This document shows, in pieces, positions 29,390 through 32,000 of a stretch of DNA of 32,000 nt (position 1 is the first letter of the stretch; each line of letters begins with the position of its first letter). The notes beneath the pieces were generated by a model, which was not told the DNA's origin, searched no databases, and saw only the letters and a program-made list of their open reading frames with translations. The position numbers were made by a program, and so were the translations under genes. This DNA is from Oscillospiraceae bacterium (GTDB taxonomy: Bacteria > Bacillota > Clostridia > Oscillospirales > Ruminococcaceae): the NCBI GenBank assembly GCA_045541475.1, contig JAZQJI010000039.1, positions 1 through 32,000 of the forward strand, in the 5' to 3' direction.

Positions 29390-29782
29390 TTACTCCGTGC
29401 AGGATTTACATACACCCGCAAACAGCAGCTGATAACCCGTCAAGGTATCTCCCATTACAGATTTAGCATTGCCCATAACATCAAGCTCTTTCGAAAATTC
29501 TACATCGCTGAGTCTGCCGCACATTGTGCATTTCATGTGATGATGCGGTTTTGTGTTAAAATCAAATCTATCGCTTGCGTTAGGCACTTCAATCTTTAAA
29601 ATCTCACCAATTTCGCTTAAATGTGCAAGATTGCGGTAAACAGTTGCTTTGCTGATATGCGGTGCTTTTTCCACAACAGCGTTGTAAATTTCTTCTGCGC
29701 TGGGATGCGTGTGCAGTTCGTTAACAGTATCAATAACAAGCTGTTTTTGTATTGTATTCCTACACAACTTTTCTTTATTCAT
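29390..29782 (-). CDS. perR: Fur-family transcriptional regulator, PerR-like
   Basis: 130 aa with a winged helix ([18 protein letters not shown]) and structural Zn sites CTMC and CKSC. The regulatory-site residues follow the B. subtilis PerR pattern (DRFDF, HHH, and an Asp after CxxCG). It sits next to rubrerythrin. Assignment to the PerR subfamily is an inference. Confidence 0.8.
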   Translation of the reverse strand: MNKEKLCRNTIQKQLVIDTVNELHTHPSAEEIYNAVVEKAPHISKATVYRNLAHLSEIGEILKIEVPNASDRFDFNTKPHHHMKCTMCGRLSDVEFSKELDVMGNAKSVMGDTLTGYQLLFAGVCKSCTE

Positions 29783-29792
29783 AATATCAAAT

Positions 29793-29819
29793 CCTTATTG
29801 ATAACTTATCTCAATTAGG
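29793..29819. promoter_or_regulatory. candidate Fur-family operator / SD-occluding inverted repeat in the perR leader
   Basis: A perfect 5-1-5 palindrome, GATAAcTTATC (29800-29810), is nested in 9-bp arms CCTTATTGA (29793-29801) / TCAATTAGG (29811-29819) with 1 mismatch. It lies between the -10 box and the ATG, and its promoter-distal arm (29793-29801) overlaps the AAGGA SD. Confidence 0.35.
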
Positions 29820-29848
29820 AGTATATCATATTAATACGCATTTGTCAA
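29820..29848 (-). promoter_or_regulatory. SigA-type promoter with extended -10 for perR(-rbr)
   Basis: Minus strand: TTGACA (29848-29843), 17-nt spacer, then TGaTATACT (-10 hexamer at 29825-29820). Confidence 0.65.
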
Positions 29849-29856
29849 GTACTTTT

Positions 29857-29892
29857 AAAAAAAAAAGCGGTGCTGAAAAAAATCAGAACCGC
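29857..29892 (-). terminator. intrinsic terminator after the 569-aa membrane protein gene
   Basis: A 10-bp stem with one mismatch, gcgguucuga (29892-29883) / ucagcaccgc (29876-29867), with a 6-nt loop (29877-29882), followed by a U10 run (29866-29857). Confidence 0.8.
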
Positions 29893-29924
29893 CTGAAAGA
29901 AATATATAAAATCAGTTAATTTTA

Positions 29925-31634
29925 TTAATTAAGGCACCATGCTTTATCTGTTACATAAAATCCGTCATCAACAATTTTTTCATAATCGTCATCCAAATCA
30001 TAATGATTATCGTTTATATCAAACAGCTCATCGGTCAAGTAATATCTTGCCCATTCATCAGCGTGCTGATAAGAGTTGTAAATATACAAATTGTGTTTTG
30101 AGCCATCTTTCAGATAAATGGTAATAAAAAGTCTTATCCAGTATTCACCTTTATAATCACCGCCGTTTGAGTGGGTTAAGTACTTTTTATAGTATTCCCT
30201 TTCGGTATCAACACACTCATCTGCAAATGCCATTATATTCTTTATCTGCTCTTTTTCTTTATATTCGCAAACTGCGTCGGCACGTTTACTATTCATCAAT
30301 GCGCCGTCAGAAATCATATTGCCGTTTTCATCAACAATAGCGATAATTTCGCCATTTTCGCCGTAAATGCATTTAGAGCCGGCATATCCCAGGCCGATAT
30401 CGCTGCGAATACTGATATGCTCAATATCTTCCAATTCTGGCGTGTTAAGCTGTGAAAGCACAGTTATTTTATTAATTGCAAAAACTGCCGCAAAGCTAAG
30501 CGGTACAATTATTGCAAATCTTATAGCAATACCCTTAAAAATTGCTATGTTCAATTTTCGGTTGCGTGCGGCAATGCCTTCGATTGCGAGAAAAACACCG
30601 ATAATCATTATGCTGTACATCATTTTCCGCTTGTCGCTGCTATAGTTTGAGGCGTAAGCTTTTTCAAGCATAATTGATGCGGCAAAACACATTGTCAACA
30701 AAGTAGCAACTAAATACTGCATACCCTTAATCACAACGGGTGTTCCTATATCTTCGGCACGGCGAAGTTTATGCAAAAAGAAAGCAATTGCAAACAATAC
30801 CGCCGAAATTGCAAGCACTACAAAGTAAAACTCAGGGTAATTCAAAACATCAAACTCCGAGCCTGACCATGCCATATCGGCATTGCCCTCATAAAATGCC
30901 ACATATAACGGAGATAGTTTGGCGATATCGTCAAGCCAAGTTATACCGTAGGTAAAAAGCTCCGTTTCAATATAAACAAGTTCACCTATTGTCAAAGCCG
31001 CTATCCAGTGTGCAACAATCAACATGCCCGTATATACAATGCTGTCAAATACCTTGCCGCAGCAACACACTACAATTACCGCTAATGAAGCCATAAGCAC
31101 CATTTCGGCAAGTATGTACATAAAATAGTGGAAATATATCAAAAAGAAATCGCCGTAATCAACTCCGCATTTTGAAGTATTCTCAGAAAAGCTTTCAATA
31201 GAAGAAGATACAGAATAAAATACCGCAATCGTAACTACAAAAGCCACAGCAAAAGCAAGAAATACTGACAGCAGAATTGAGCCGCAAGACGCAAGATACC
31301 TTTGGTTATTTGTTACGGGTAAAGAATATATTGTATCGGAAATACTTTTTTTATGCAGATGCCTAAAGCTTTTAATTACTATTAAAACAACAAGAACCAA
31401 AAGAAGCATGATGAACATAAAAAAAGATTCACAAATACCTGACATTGTACTATCAAATAATATTTGTGATGTGCTCCACGAAAACGATGTGCCTAACACC
31501 GCATATACCGAAACAAGACCAGCCATTATCAGTAGTGCCGCTAGCAAAACCGTAAAAGAAAGTGTGCTGTTAAACTGCTGACGAAAGCGTGTAAGCAATG
31601 GATTTGAGCGTTTGTGTTTCGTTGTTGCACTCAT
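29925..31634 (-). CDS. polytopic membrane protein (~9 TM) with a ~170-aa C-terminal soluble domain; function unknown
   Basis: Long ORF with a basic N-terminus (KHKRSNPLLTRFRQQ) and about 9 hydrophobic segments, followed by a Tyr/Asp-rich C-terminal domain. I prefer ATG 31634, because the track's GTG at 31646 abuts the GAGGAG SD. I recognise no family. Confidence 0.7.
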   Translation of the reverse strand: MSATTKHKRSNPLLTRFRQQFNSTLSFTVLLAALLIMAGLVSVYAVLGTSFSWSTSQILFDSTMSGICESFFMFIMLLLVLVVLIVIKSFRHLHKKSISDTIYSLPVTNNQRYLASCGSILLSVFLAFAVAFVVTIAVFYSVSSSIESFSENTSKCGVDYGDFFLIYFHYFMYILAEMVLMASLAVIVVCCCGKVFDSIVYTGMLIVAHWIAALTIGELVYIETELFTYGITWLDDIAKLSPLYVAFYEGNADMAWSGSEFDVLNYPEFYFVVLAISAVLFAIAFFLHKLRRAEDIGTPVVIKGMQYLVATLLTMCFAASIMLEKAYASNYSSDKRKMMYSIMIIGVFLAIEGIAARNRKLNIAIFKGIAIRFAIIVPLSFAAVFAINKITVLSQLNTPELEDIEHISIRSDIGLGYAGSKCIYGENGEIIAIVDENGNMISDGALMNSKRADAVCEYKEKEQIKNIMAFADECVDTEREYYKKYLTHSNGGDYKGEYWIRLFITIYLKDGSKHNLYIYNSYQHADEWARYYLTDELFDINDNHYDLDDDYEKIVDDGFYVTDKAWCLN

Positions 31635-31791
31635 TACAACAATCACTCCTCAATAAATAATCTAAATCTTTTGAAGCAGCGGCATTGGTTGTTACCTTTG
31701 CCGCTCCTTCATGCCGTGTTGTTATATATCTATCACGGCAAAATCCTTTCTTCAAAAAAAGTTCTACACACAATTCTCTTATTATTGAGGA

Positions 31792-32000
31792 TTAATACCA
31801 GATATCATATTCACCGTAGAGTTCATCGTCAGTAAGATATTTTTCCACCCACTGCTTTGTAAAATCCTGTGACAAGTCAACCGTATAGGATACATAACCG
31901 CCGTCACGGGTATAAAACTCAATGTATACCATCATTGCCAAATCAGGATATTCTTCATAACCGAACATATAATACTCTTTATGTTTCTTATAGTAATCTA
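31792..32000 (-). CDS. C-terminal fragment (69 aa) of a paralog of the downstream membrane protein; 5' part beyond the window
   Basis: Hand translation gives ..DYYKKHKEYYMFGYEEYPDLAMMVYIEFYTRDGGYVSYTVDLSQDFTKQWVEKYLTDDELYGEYDIWY*, with TAA at 31794-31792. It aligns with the C-terminal domain of the 569-aa protein (EYYKKY, IxIYxKDG, EWARYYLTDEL). Confidence 0.6.
   Translation of the reverse strand, partial: DYYKKHKEYYMFGYEEYPDLAMMVYIEFYTRDGGYVSYTVDLSQDFTKQWVEKYLTDDELYGEYDIWY

Noticed and set aside
31570-31773. A 67-aa minus-strand ORF spanning the intergenic spacer and running into the start of the 569-aa gene.
   Set aside because: It is out of frame with and overlaps the membrane-protein start. 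It has no SD. It crosses the region better explained by RNA hairpins.

Overview
All supported features (about 33 CDS, one ncRNA, and several promoters and terminators) lie on the minus strand with very short gaps. This looks like a core, leading-strand chromosomal segment of a low-GC Firmicute. It is probably a Clostridia / Oscillospiraceae-like anaerobe, but that is inferred from gene order and protein sequences, not from any database search.

In the direction of transcription (high to low coordinates) the window contains:
- two tandem paralogous polytopic membrane proteins of unknown function (the first is partial)
- a PerR-like Fur-family regulator plus rubrerythrin
- a complete F1Fo ATP synthase operon, atpI-B-E-F-H-A-G-D-C
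- SRP RNA-dnaX-ybaB-recR
- the rimP-nusA-ylxR-ylxQ-infB-rbfA-nrnA-truB-ribF superoperon
- a four-gene GldA/GldF/GldG/DUF4340-type ABC module, apparently fused to the end of that superoperon
- an orphan 99-aa gene and a small radical SAM gene
- an aconitase-isocitrate dehydrogenase-rex-ddh operon (ddh runs off the window)

I found no CRISPR array, mobile element, tRNA or rRNA, and no convincing defence-island-like novel system.

The observations most worth following up are:
- a Rex operator on the -35 box of the acn-icd-rex-ddh promoter
- a c-subunit with the Na+ two-carboxylate binding signature, together with an epsilon subunit lacking its C-terminal domain
- a terminator-like hairpin in the rimP-nusA leader
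- the AT-rich tandem membrane-protein paralogs, whose intergenic RNA can sequester the downstream Shine-Dalgarno sequence (SD)
- the uncharacterised GldG/DUF4340 ABC module

Start codons were re-evaluated by hand, because the ORF track extends to TTG/GTG codons that overlap the SD. All promoter, terminator and operator calls are predictions from sequence alone.
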